A DNA stretch of 64,000 nt, from positions 32,001 through 96,000 of IMG/VR virus record IMGVR_UViG_3300017912_003441; one strand, 5' to 3'. Below are positions 50,031 to 60,300 of this stretch, in pieces. Every line of letters starts with the position of its first letter. Positions within the stretch are counted from its first letter, which is position 1. Under the pieces are notes generated by a model that had not been told where the DNA came from, searched no databases, and saw only the letters and a program-made list of their open reading frames with translations. The DNA comes from a virus (lineage: Duplodnaviria > Caudoviricetes). Made by a program: the position numbers and the translations under genes.

Positions 50031-51239
50031 TTACAATTCGGACTTAACGCTGAGTGCGACTCGTTCGGCTTTTTCTTTTGCATACTCTAATTTATTATCT
50101 AATGCTATAGCAACCCCCATACGTCGCGAACCTTTTACTCCAGGTTTTCCAAATAGTCTCACTTGTGTACCAATTTCTTTTAACCCTTCGAAGCCTGAGA
50201 ATGTTACACTGTCACTCTCACCTTCTAACTTAATAACATGAGACGCTCCGAAACCTAGCTGTAGAATTTCTGGAACTGGTAGTCCTAATATAGCTCTAGC
50301 ATGTAGAGCAAACTCTGATAGATCTTGAGAGATCATAGTCACTAACCCAGTATCATGTGGTCGTGGAGATACTTCAGAGAAATAAACTTCATCACCTTTA
50401 ACGAATAACTCTACCCCGAACACCCCATAACCACCAAGATTGCTTACTACACTTCTAGAAATATCTTGAGCTTTTTGTCTAGCATCCCCAGACATTGGAT
50501 GAGGTTGCCAGGATTTGATATAGTCTCCATCTACTTGCTCATGTCCGATAGGTTCACAAAAAGAAATACCATCGCTATGCTTTACTGTGAGTAAAGTAAT
50601 TTCATAATCGAATTCGATAAACTCTTCTACAATAACTCGACCAGCTCCAGCTCTACCTCCAGTTTGAGCGTAGTCCCAAGCAGTATGTACATCATCAAAC
50701 GATCTAACTACACTCTGTCCTTTACCGCTAGAAGACATAATTGGCTTAACTACACAAGGTAAGAAGTGGTCGTCTACAGAAGACCGTAAAGAAATTTCAT
50801 TAACAGCAGTAACAAACTCTTCTTTAGTAGAAGCGAATTTATAATTAGAAGTCTTTAATCCTAGCTCTTCAGCTACAAGAGTCCGAATACCTTCTCGGTT
50901 CATAGTAAGTTGAACTGCTCTAGCATTTGGTATGACTGTACGATCACATTCTTCTGCTTCTTTGAGGACATTTGTAGCAATAGCTTCAATTTCAGGAACA
51001 ATAATATTAGGGTTGTATTTAACGATCACATCCCTCAATTGTTTTTCATCAAGCATATCAATAACAGCTGAATGATCTGCTACTTGATGCGCTGGAGCAT
51101 TCTCATATGAGTCCACTGCAACTACTTCAGCGCCTAAACGCTGTAATTCAATTACAACTTCTTTACCTAACTCTCCACTTCCGCATAGCATTACTAAAGT
51201 AGAAGTCTTCGTAAACGGGGTACCTATTTTTGTTTCCAT
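50031..51239 (-). CDS. purT: formate-dependent phosphoribosylglycinamide formyltransferase
   Basis: [44 protein letters not shown]. Confidence 0.96.
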   Translation of the reverse strand: METKIGTPFTKTSTLVMLCGSGELGKEVVIELQRLGAEVVAVDSYENAPAHQVADHSAVIDMLDEKQLRDVIVKYNPNIIVPEIEAIATNVLKEAEECDRTVIPNARAVQLTMNREGIRTLVAEELGLKTSNYKFASTKEEFVTAVNEISLRSSVDDHFLPCVVKPIMSSSGKGQSVVRSFDDVHTAWDYAQTGGRAGAGRVIVEEFIEFDYEITLLTVKHSDGISFCEPIGHEQVDGDYIKSWQPHPMSGDARQKAQDISRSVVSNLGGYGVFGVELFVKGDEVYFSEVSPRPHDTGLVTMISQDLSEFALHARAILGLPVPEILQLGFGASHVIKLEGESDSVTFSGFEGLKEIGTQVRLFGKPGVKGSRRMGVAIALDNKLEYAKEKAERVALSVKSEL

Positions 51240-51240
51240 T

Positions 51241-51669
51241 TTAAAATTTTGCGGCGATTGCGCGATGTTTTGCTGTGATTCCTCCATCTCGATCTACATT
51301 AATTCCATAAGCTGTTTTAAGAGCTCGTTTATTACCAGCTGCACCAGGTGGTTTGATATCGTTTACCACAACCCTAGGGCCTGCGCCCAACTCGAATATC
51401 CATTGATCAAACGGCATACCAATATATTCTAATACATTTAATGTATGGTCGATGTGTCTTTTTTCACGAGCGGTCGCAATGACGATAATATCAGTTTCAG
51501 GTAAGTCTTGAAAAAACTCTACTGCGCTAATAATAGGCTGTTCATATTTAAAACTATCATCCCCATACTCCTCGATAAGTTTATCCAAGCTATCATTTGT
51601 GTGATGATGTAAGATTGTTCCATCTACATCTACGAACCATGTTTTATTTAACGTTTCCATATTAATCAA
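51241..51669 (-). CDS. HAD-superfamily phosphatase
   Basis: DVDGT, TAR, VND motifs. Confidence 0.8.
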   Translation of the reverse strand: MINMETLNKTWFVDVDGTILHHHTNDSLDKLIEEYGDDSFKYEQPIISAVEFFQDLPETDIIVIATAREKRHIDHTLNVLEYIGMPFDQWIFELGAGPRVVVNDIKPPGAAGNKRALKTAYGINVDRDGGITAKHRAIAAKF

Positions 51670-51898
51670 TTACATCTGCTTCATCAAGTTGAATTAGGGC
51701 TAACAAATCTAGGATTCTATCCATACCATTTTCATTAAACTCTTCTAATGGAGTCTTATTTAAGAAGTTGTGATGCGTAGTCATCCAATCGCTAACGTAT
51801 TGATCTTCTATCAGACACGTTTCGCAAATTTCATTTATTAGATTTACAAATGGGATGAGTTGTTCTTTATCTTTTATTAGAATAGATTCTACGTACAT
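51662..51898 (-). CDS. MbcA/ParS/Xre antitoxin C-terminal-like protein
   Basis: W..T.H.FL.KTPLE.....G...ILDLL. Confidence 0.5.
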   Translation of the reverse strand: MYVESILIKDKEQLIPFVNLINEICETCLIEDQYVSDWMTTHHNFLNKTPLEEFNENGMDRILDLLALIQLDEADVID

Positions 51899-52131
51899 TA
51901 TTCGTCAGCGCATTGATATAGATCATCCCCGTTCTCATTCTTACCAACGATTTTAAGCAAACCTTCGGCAACCATTTCGTCTAGCAATTCTTGCATTGCT
52001 TTCATTTCTAGTGCTTTTTTCATACCTTCTGGATCATCTGAGTCATAATCAACATTTTTAAGAATTGTGTCTGCATTATCAGAAACATAATTTAACATAT
52101 CATCAAGTGACTCGAATTCATTCATACGCAT
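51898..52131 (-). CDS. hypothetical acidic protein
   Basis: ORF track. Confidence 0.5.
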   Translation of the reverse strand: MRMNEFESLDDMLNYVSDNADTILKNVDYDSDDPEGMKKALEMKAMQELLDEMVAEGLLKIVGKNENGDDLYQCADE

Positions 52132-52348
52132 ATAATAATTTATCTGCAGAGGTATGCAAGAACTTAGGTAAGGCTTATCTGGACAGTGTATCCATCATCA
52201 TCTAACCGGACATCGATGTCGTAATATTCGTCTCTAATACAGTCGCCAACTACTTCAACATCTTGTTCTAGCTGGTCCTCATCTAATGCTTGAAGTTTCT
52301 CTAAAAGATCAAGGTAGGTCATATAATATTCTTATTGATAAAGTTAGG

Positions 52349-52864
52349 TTATAATTTCAACACTTTATCGGAGACTATTTTCTTCTTTTTATTCTTATGA
52401 TAGATATAAAGTATAAAACCAACTAACCCTAATATAAAAATTGCTTGAACATATGCAACAGAAGCTACAAAATTATTTTTAAGCTCAACAATCTCAACTT
52501 GCTCCTCTGTCATAGGCATAAGTTTAGTTTCATCTACAATAATAGGTAGCTCAGTTATTTCCTGAGTCTCTCTAACTCTCCTTTTCGGAAGTTTTATAGG
52601 TGGTACAACTTTAGGTTTATTCGCTGTAATGGTTTTAGGCTTAGTTGTTGTTGCTGACTTAACAGGAGGGTCTTTTTTGAATACCTTCTTTATTTTATCA
52701 GCAACGGTATCAACCTTTTCACCTATATCCTTGTCTGTGCCCTGATCTTTTACAACATAATAATGTTTATACTCATCGTGAGAGATTACCTTACCTTGAT
52801 TAATATCACTAGACTTACAGCCACATAGCAATATTAATGACAGAATGAACAACCTGAAGGACAT
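52349..52864 (-). CDS. lipoprotein with C-terminal TM helix (u-spanin-like architecture)
   Basis: LILLCGC lipobox; C-terminal TM followed by KNKKKK. Confidence 0.5.
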   Translation of the reverse strand: MSFRLFILSLILLCGCKSSDINQGKVISHDEYKHYYVVKDQGTDKDIGEKVDTVADKIKKVFKKDPPVKSATTTKPKTITANKPKVVPPIKLPKRRVRETQEITELPIIVDETKLMPMTEEQVEIVELKNNFVASVAYVQAIFILGLVGFILYIYHKNKKKKIVSDKVLKL

Positions 52865-53094
52865 TATAATGATTTAAATGCTGTGTTAATATTATCAACC
52901 ATTTTTTTATAATCTGGTTTAAACTTCTCGTTTATAATATTGTAATAGTTTTGTAGAATTTCTTTAAAAACATTTCTTCTGAAATATTGCAAGTCTGTAT
53001 AATCATACTCTTTGCCTGTATGGTGATTAACACAAGCTAAGAGCATAACCTTTTCCTCATCAGATAAAGAGTTGAGTATGTCGGAGTGAATCAT
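52864..53094 (-). CDS. hypothetical protein
   Basis: ORF track. Confidence 0.5.
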   Translation of the reverse strand: MIHSDILNSLSDEEKVMLLACVNHHTGKEYDYTDLQYFRRNVFKEILQNYYNIINEKFKPDYKKMVDNINTAFKSL

Positions 53095-53116
53095 TAAATA
53101 AGTTTAGTATCAGCCG

Positions 53117-53509
53117 ATGATAATTCAAGCCACAATTAAGTTTGAAGTTTATGTCGAATTACATGACCAGACATTTGAATCAAAATTGATAGAAATAATG
53201 GGTGGGAAGGAACAAGGAGAGCTAAAAGGAGATATTGAGAGAATTGACGGTCAAAAAATATTTACAATTACTAACTCTGATGTTCATGGAAAGCTGCATG
53301 GGTTGAATCTTGGCTTTCAATTTTATACTGCTACAATATCAAAATGCTTAGATCTTGGCGCGACTGAATTTAGATCTTCTCACTTACTTAACGAAAACAG
53401 TACTGCTGTATGGAAAAAAATCGAACGATTATATTATAATTGTTCTTTCGTTAATAAAACAAAAAAAGATACATATTATTGTGTAAAGCGCGATAAAGAG
53501 TTATTGTGA
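53117..53509 (+). CDS. GNAT-like fold protein
   Basis: HGLNLG..FY...S..VWKK; TAAATA upstream. Confidence 0.4.
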   Translation: MIIQATIKFEVYVELHDQTFESKLIEIMGGKEQGELKGDIERIDGQKIFTITNSDVHGKLHGLNLGFQFYTATISKCLDLGATEFRSSHLLNENSTAVWKKIERLYYNCSFVNKTKKDTYYCVKRDKELL

Positions 53510-54495
53510 AGCAATTTAATTTTCTAAGGAAAAAAACTTTCAGAGAAGAGATTCATCGAGCAGGGTGGAACTGGGTTAATGCCTGTATGGTAAAACGCTT
53601 TCACAACGATACAGCAGACATACTCATAGATGAATTTATAGAAAGAACATTCGATTGGGATTATTGCTTTAACAACGATAAGCCTCAAGTACTTCCTCAT
53701 CACAAAAAAGATTGGATTGGTTTTATACACAACCCAATGATTATACCTAAACCGTTTGATATAAAACAGACCCCTATAAACATGTGCGCTAGATTACCGT
53801 TTGTATTAGCTATGCGTAACTGTAAAGGTATATTTACTTTATCAGACGATTTAGAAGAACATGTAAGATATATTTTTACCCAATACGGATTCGATCATAT
53901 TTTGGTTGAAACATTATTACACCCAACACCGTTAGATGTAGAAGAGTTTAATTTAAATGCATTCTTAGAGAAACCTCAAGTTACTTGTTTAGGTTACTGG
54001 TTGAGAGACTTTGAAAAGTATTGGCTGTTAAACACTCAAATGCCTAAAAATGTCTTATTAGGTAGATTACCTTATGCGCATCAAATATATGATGAGCAGA
54101 TGAAAGAGTTTAAACGTAAGCAAGAGTATACTGGGGAACAAATTAAAGGTAACGTTATAGTACATAAGCATTTAGAGAATAAAGAGTTTGATAAGTTCAT
54201 GACTGATACAATTGGTTTTTTATATCTAATAGACACAAGCGCTAATAACGGTGTTACTGATTGTATATCGAGAAACATTCCTCTTCTAGTTAATTGTCAC
54301 CCAGCTGTAGTACAATACCTAGGTGAAGATTATCCCTTCTATTATAACTCGCTAGAGACTGCTAATAAAAAGATAAATGATATTGAGCTAATAAAAGAAA
54401 CTCATCTGTATCTTAAAAATATGGATAAGTCTAGACTAGATATCAAAACATTTATGACTGAGTTTGAAGCGAGTGAAATTTATCAAGAAGCATAA
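53506..54495 (+). CDS. glycosyltransferase-like (GT-B) protein
   Basis: HR.GW, WIGFIHNP, GYWLR, DTSANN...CI.RN.PLLVN..PAV..YLG..YP. Confidence 0.6.
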   Translation: MKQFNFLRKKTFREEIHRAGWNWVNACMVKRFHNDTADILIDEFIERTFDWDYCFNNDKPQVLPHHKKDWIGFIHNPMIIPKPFDIKQTPINMCARLPFVLAMRNCKGIFTLSDDLEEHVRYIFTQYGFDHILVETLLHPTPLDVEEFNLNAFLEKPQVTCLGYWLRDFEKYWLLNTQMPKNVLLGRLPYAHQIYDEQMKEFKRKQEYTGEQIKGNVIVHKHLENKEFDKFMTDTIGFLYLIDTSANNGVTDCISRNIPLLVNCHPAVVQYLGEDYPFYYNSLETANKKINDIELIKETHLYLKNMDKSRLDIKTFMTEFEASEIYQEA

Positions 54496-54523
54496 AAAAA
54501 AAGACTCCTTTCGGAGTCTTTTG
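54496..54523. terminator. bidirectional terminator
   Basis: AAAAGACTCC-TTTC-GGAGTCTTTT. Confidence 0.85.
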
Positions 54524-54543
54524 TTTATTATGTTTAATCTATG

Positions 54544-54777
54544 TTAAACTTGTTCAGCGGGTTGTGCGAGTCCAATTGCTGTTCCTACTGCCGCTCTAGC
54601 TTGCTCTAATTGAACATGCTCCATATATGTGAACGGCTGTGATCTTACAGCGCTTGTAAGAAACCCAAATGCTTGCTCAGTACTGAGCTCATCTAGATTA
54701 ATCTCTTGCCCACCTTCTTGCTGAGGTTGTGCTTGGGCTCCAGCGGGTGCTTCGGTACCTTGACTAATGTTCGCCAT
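54544..54777 (-). CDS. small protein, paralog of 54779..55024
   Basis: EQAFGFL...FTYMEHVQLEQA. Confidence 0.55.
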   Translation of the reverse strand: MANISQGTEAPAGAQAQPQQEGGQEINLDELSTEQAFGFLTSAVRSQPFTYMEHVQLEQARAAVGTAIGLAQPAEQV

Positions 54778-54778
54778 A

Positions 54779-55024
54779 TTACTTCTTCCTCCTTCCGCCA
54801 CGACGAGGGGTTTTAGCCTTCGCCTTCGTTGGTGTAGGGGCTTCATCTTCTAGTACAACAGGTTCATCTGTGTCTAGAAGCTCTGCAGGTTCTTGACCAC
54901 CACCACTTTGTAGTGCGTCTTTAAGAACATCTACAGATCTTTCAAGTAAGACGTGTTCATTGTAAGGTAGCTTAATACCTTTTACAACCTGATTTAACAT
55001 ATCTAATGCTTGTATCGGATCCAT
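54779..55024 (-). CDS. small late protein
   Basis: QALDML...LPYNEHVLLERS; TATAAATA upstream. Confidence 0.6.
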   Translation of the reverse strand: MDPIQALDMLNQVVKGIKLPYNEHVLLERSVDVLKDALQSGGGQEPAELLDTDEPVVLEDEAPTPTKAKAKTPRRGGRRKK

Positions 55025-55079
55025 AACGAAAATTATTTATACCACGGTGGAATTTAGTCAACTTTGATTAAATACTTAC

Positions 55080-55364
55080 ATGCCAGAAGGTGAACCAACA
55101 GCAAATTCGACGGAAGCGCAGGCAGCAGTTACTGCCGCGTTAGATTCTGTTACAGTTATTGACAATATCATAGATAATACAGAGGCAGTAGCAGGACAAA
55201 CTACAGCTGAAAAAGCTGATGATGCAGACAGAAACTATCGACACATCGAACTTATGATGGATAAAGATTGGTTTACTGAAACTGCTACAACAGCTCAGAA
55301 GAGTAAGTTCAATACCGCTATTACAGAGGGTAGGACTTATTATCAGTCTAACAGCGCTGCTTAA
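55080..55364 (+). CDS. small fibre-associated protein (putative)
   Basis: RNYRHIELM motif; TAAATA upstream. Confidence 0.5.
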   Translation: MPEGEPTANSTEAQAAVTAALDSVTVIDNIIDNTEAVAGQTTAEKADDADRNYRHIELMMDKDWFTETATTAQKSKFNTAITEGRTYYQSNSAA

Positions 55365-56179
55365 TAATTAAAATACTTGAAATAAAACTCTCCGACCTCT
55401 TTTATATGGTCGCAAGTTTTAACACCAAGAACGTCGATATAATCCTGTGGTAATTCGCTTACTACAGGATTAATTTTATGATCACCGTATATTCCGTATA
55501 CGGTGTCATCTTCTTTTGTAGTCTGTTCTACTTTATTGAAGTTGTGTCCAGTATAAGAGTCAAGTTCTAGATAGTCATATATCCTATCCATTTCTTCATC
55601 TGGATACTTTGTGAAGTCTTCGAATTTTACAAACAACATATGCTTATCCCATCCGCGTTTAATTATCTCACCGAAACGCTCTAATGCTAAGCCTACAGGC
55701 TGTGTTTGTAACCATACAGATGCTCTTTTCTCAACGGTTGTGCCCGACATTTCTGACCAATTAACTATAGGGTCATGGTCGAGAGGGTTCTCTCTAAATT
55801 TCTTTTCCATAGAGGCGATTATCTGTCTAAGATCTCTAACCATACAAATGATCTTAGGTTCATACTCTAAGAATGCATCTAAGAAGTCATAATGTATACC
55901 CCAGCCTCTACTCTTATCTACTACATAGGGCTTATCAGTAATATTATCGTACCACCCATGTATACCTTCATTAAGAAAACCAATAAGACCATCCTCCATA
56001 GTTTTAGAATCTTGAGCTTGAAACTCATTAGATTCGTTAAACATATGTCGAGCAGCAAAGGTTAGCTCTAATACACCTGAGGTAGGTGTAGCATATATGT
56101 CGGGATTTTGAGCAAGTACATTTTGTAATAATGTACTACCTGCCCTCGGCATAGAGGACTGAAAAAAGATTGTTGACAT
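55361..56179 (-). CDS. PAPS-dependent sulfotransferase family protein
   Basis: 5'-PSB SMPRAGSTLL, DKSR.W, 3'-PB VRD...I.AS, FEDF...P. Confidence 0.88.
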   Translation of the reverse strand: MSTIFFQSSMPRAGSTLLQNVLAQNPDIYATPTSGVLELTFAARHMFNESNEFQAQDSKTMEDGLIGFLNEGIHGWYDNITDKPYVVDKSRGWGIHYDFLDAFLEYEPKIICMVRDLRQIIASMEKKFRENPLDHDPIVNWSEMSGTTVEKRASVWLQTQPVGLALERFGEIIKRGWDKHMLFVKFEDFTKYPDEEMDRIYDYLELDSYTGHNFNKVEQTTKEDDTVYGIYGDHKINPVVSELPQDYIDVLGVKTCDHIKEVGEFYFKYFNY

Positions 56180-57246
56180 TACTTTCTACGCTTCTTAGGT
56201 TTTTGTCTATTAGTACGTTTACCTGGTGCTGGAGGGAATGGGTTATTCATTTGAGCTAGCACAGGCTCAGGAGGTAATGGTTTAGCAGTATCAAATAAGT
56301 TCTTCTCTTGCTTGTTACTTACTCTCACCCCTGCAGGTGGTTCGTAAAATTCTTTCTCTTCTAACTCTTCGAGACTGTCTAAGATTGGTTGTGATTCAAA
56401 TATATTATCATTATCAAATGGGCACTCATGTAAGAACTCTCCATTGATCGGATGAGCACCTAAGTAACTATCAATCAAATGTACTTTACGAGTATCAGCA
56501 TTAGATACAATATTGTTATGGAAATCAGGATAACCTAATGTCTTAACGTTATCAATAGGCCATAATACAGTAGATGGTCTATCTAATGCTACCGCTGCAT
56601 GCTGACCAAAACTATCAATTAATAATCTGTTATGAGAATATTCTATAAGAGCAAATAAGTCTCTTACATTAGGAGTTTCAATATAATCAATACCTTTAAT
56701 CTCTAACTGATCTTTCCTTCTAATATGAATAATCTTATACTCTTTATTAACTTCATTTAGTACTTCTTTAAGATTAGATAGAGGTACATCTCTTACCCAT
56801 GATACTGGATAGTCTTGTGGTCCACCTCCGTTAGTTTGTAGAGCAAAAATAGGCTTACCAAAACCACGAAGTTTTCTATCCATATTATCTTTCTCATTCT
56901 TAGATAGAACTATTGTGGGCATTTCTCCGTTGTATGGTACGCCTAGTTGCTCGCACCAAATATCTGCAAGGTATCTCTTACCGTTTAAAAAGTCATGATG
57001 ATGGTATGGTTCGGATTTAAAGATCCAAGTATCTTTACCTTTAATAAAATCTTCAAAGAAGTATGGTGTTGCACCCAGCATATAAAAACGTTCAATATGA
57101 GGATTATTTACCCATACTGCTGCCCATGCAGCTACTACGATTAATTTTCTATCAGGATGTGCTTTTGATATAGCTTCAGCAACTGCCGTAGCCATAATGT
57201 TCTTACCGATACCGCCTTCTACGTGAAAGATAATATGTTTGTCCAC
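56179..57246 (-). CDS. GT9 / ADP-heptose transferase-fold glycosyltransferase (GGIGK variant)
   Basis: EGGIGKNIMATAV..AI..AHP, NNPHI, IDSFGQHAAVAL..P..VLW. Confidence 0.75.
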   Translation of the reverse strand: MDKHIIFHVEGGIGKNIMATAVAEAISKAHPDRKLIVVAAWAAVWVNNPHIERFYMLGATPYFFEDFIKGKDTWIFKSEPYHHHDFLNGKRYLADIWCEQLGVPYNGEMPTIVLSKNEKDNMDRKLRGFGKPIFALQTNGGGPQDYPVSWVRDVPLSNLKEVLNEVNKEYKIIHIRRKDQLEIKGIDYIETPNVRDLFALIEYSHNRLLIDSFGQHAAVALDRPSTVLWPIDNVKTLGYPDFHNNIVSNADTRKVHLIDSYLGAHPINGEFLHECPFDNDNIFESQPILDSLEELEEKEFYEPPAGVRVSNKQEKNLFDTAKPLPPEPVLAQMNNPFPPAPGKRTNRQKPKKRRK

Positions 57247-57305
57247 GTAAAAATTTATCTACATACAATTAAAACTCCAGTGTGTATGTTTTATCAAAGT
57301 TCAAC

Positions 57306-60300
57306 TTACTCTTTATACTTCTTCTCAGCAAGTACCTCAGGTCCTTCCCAGCTTTGAACTGCGGCATCCTTACGTGTACCTATTAATAATACGTTATAAT
57401 TACCATCGGTTTCAGAGCAAACAATTAAACATTTTTGATCTTCTGTTACTTCTCCATATGCATTACCAAAGTGACGATTCGGTGAAATCCATACTTGATC
57501 GTTTTTATTAAGATATCTATAGTAATCAGGTAACTCTATTACTGACCTACAATTAGTTGTCTCTGTTGTCCACCTATAAATATTATCACCTTCGGTTGGA
57601 GACTCTACAAACGAGTGTACCAAGTCATATTTCTCTCGTTTAGCAGGATCAGGATGCGGTATATTAAAACAACCAGAAGACTTACTCAACGCACCACATA
57701 TATATGTATTTGTGGTAGATGCATTACCAATGTAAGTTCTATTACAAGCTGTTGTATTAGCGCAACCTGCATGCTTACCAATACCAATATTATTACCACC
57801 AGTTGTATTACCATATAAAGCACCGCAACCAATTGCAACGTTAGTACTACCACCAGTATTACTATACATCGCGTAATAACCGAGTGCAACATTTTGACCA
57901 CCTGTAGTATTAATTCTTAAAGATTTAGCGCCCATTGAAGTATTTTGTTGACCGGTGGTAGTCGCGTAGGCCGATTGATAACCACTTGAAGTGTTACTAC
58001 TAGCTGACGTGGTTGCATATAACGCACCAACTCCTACCGCAGTATTCTGACCACCAGTAGTGGTTTGTTGCATCGCACAACCACCCACAGCGGTATTAGA
58101 CGAAGCGGTATTATTATATAAAGCGGAAACACCAACCGCGGTGTTCCTAAAGCCAGTAGTATTTTTGAACAAAGCTTGCATACCAAATGCTGTATTATTA
58201 TGACCAGTTGTATTACAGCACATAACTCTATACCCACTAGCAGTATTAAAGAACCCTGATGTAGTAGCTTGCATTGCTTTGAAACCGATCGCAACATTAC
58301 CAGTCCCTGTACCGCTAGGTAATGCACAATAACCTAAAGTAGTACAACTGCCATTTGCGGAACCTGTACTACCACATAAACTACCACCAGCAGATATACC
58401 AGTTAAGTTAGATCCATCTCCGTAAAAACCAGAAGTAGCACAAACAACACCACCTCTTACACAAGTACTACCACATACTCTTGGTGCGACAACACATGAC
58501 CCAGCGCATACATTCTGGTTATGACATACTCGGTTATAAGAAACTGTAAATTTACGCACCCCACCAAATATTGCATCATAACCATAAGTAGCTGACGCAC
58601 CCATTTCTACTTTAATACCGTATTCAGTAGCAGTACCGACATTTTTACAAACCCTCATAGCCCAATCACTATTACTGCATTGCCATATTAATAATGCAGT
58701 GTCGAGCGATGAATTTCTATCAGCACCGTCTATAACAACCGACCCACATCTACATACTTTTAGTGGGTGAATCCAGCCGTTACCTGCTGCATTACCAACT
58801 CCAAATGTTATACAATTTTGAGTCTGAGACCATGCGTAAATATGATTACCAGTTTGCAGATAACCTGGTGTACGTAAATATGAGGAACCTGTAATACCAA
58901 GACAAGAGCAAATATTACTAGCAGCTTTAATACAATTGTTAACATATAAACAACCAGCGCAGTTAAGATGCAGTATGTTAGATCCGGCACAATTTCTAAA
59001 AAAGAAACAACCAGTGTTATAGTTTTGGAAGTACAGGTGACATGAATGAGCTTGTATTTTAGTTTTTTCTCCAGACCAGTTAGAGTGAGTAAAAGTTATA
59101 CCACAACAAGCATGTACACAGTTAGTAGCTAATACATAAGGAGCCCTCGCGCACGTAGAACCGATTATATAAGGTCCGCATACGCTATCAGCCGCGCATA
59201 GATGACCAGCTGAGCGAACCACACAAAAACAACCAGTCGTAGCAGAACCATTACCGACTCCTTGCATTTGTAGGGGGTAAGCAGAGGTATTACAAATAGT
59301 ACTGTTTCTACAGGTTTGTGCATTAGCGCAAGTTAGTGCACAAACACAAGCACAGTTGCCCGGGCAAAAGTACGTACACGTACTATGAGGCATTCCTTGA
59401 GAATCTGTACCACCAGTGCCATCATATACACAAACACAACTATTACACATAGCATCTGAAGCGTAACAATAAAGAGCACCACCACCTCTTAGTAATACAA
59501 TACCACCAGATACTGTATGTACGTGACCGCCTATAACAGTAGTATAAATTTCGCGAACCTGGTTGACTCTAAAAGATCTATCGTTACCTCCCCATTGGGT
59601 ATCTGATGTTTGTTCCCAAGTATAATTTAAACCGCCTTTGTGAGTTGATGTATACCATGTATTAGGAGCAGTAGAATTATAACTTCTATTTATCGAATAC
59701 CTTTTATATCCGAACGTGTAACCTCTAAAATAACACACAGGGTAAAAAGTATCTGCATCTCCGCAAACCATAAATTGTCTCCACTTACAGCAACCTTGTG
59801 CCATATTAGTTACATTAGCTCCGTTAGAGTAAACATTAGGAGCAGTTACACATCCTGTAGCACATACCGTAGGAGCTCTAAGACAGCTAGCAGCGCATAT
59901 AATGCCACAATGACAAAGACAGCCTGTATATAGGTTCATTTTCACACTATTACCTATTCTAAAGTCAGTACAAGAACTAGCTACATGTCGTATAGCCCAA
60001 TTCCCGTTAGAGTCTAATATACCGATATTGTTACTCGAGTTTCCATATAAATAACCACGTGCTGTAGTATTATCGCTCGTAGTTATTACTAGAGCAGTAT
60101 TAGAGTGACACGATCTTAAGTGCATGTACGGAGTATTTGAACATGCTGGATATAGATGTAAGCTACAGTTACCACTCCAATATAACCCTCTTGTTGCAGA
60201 GCCAAATCTTACCCACTCTCCTACACATGTTGCGTTACCTGATACCAAATCACAACCAGCACAAACATTACAATTAGCTTGCATACAACTTACTGCTAAT

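Noticed and set aside
57800-58320. DNA tandem repeats as a separate element
   Set aside because: Explained by the NTAxG beta-helix protein repeats
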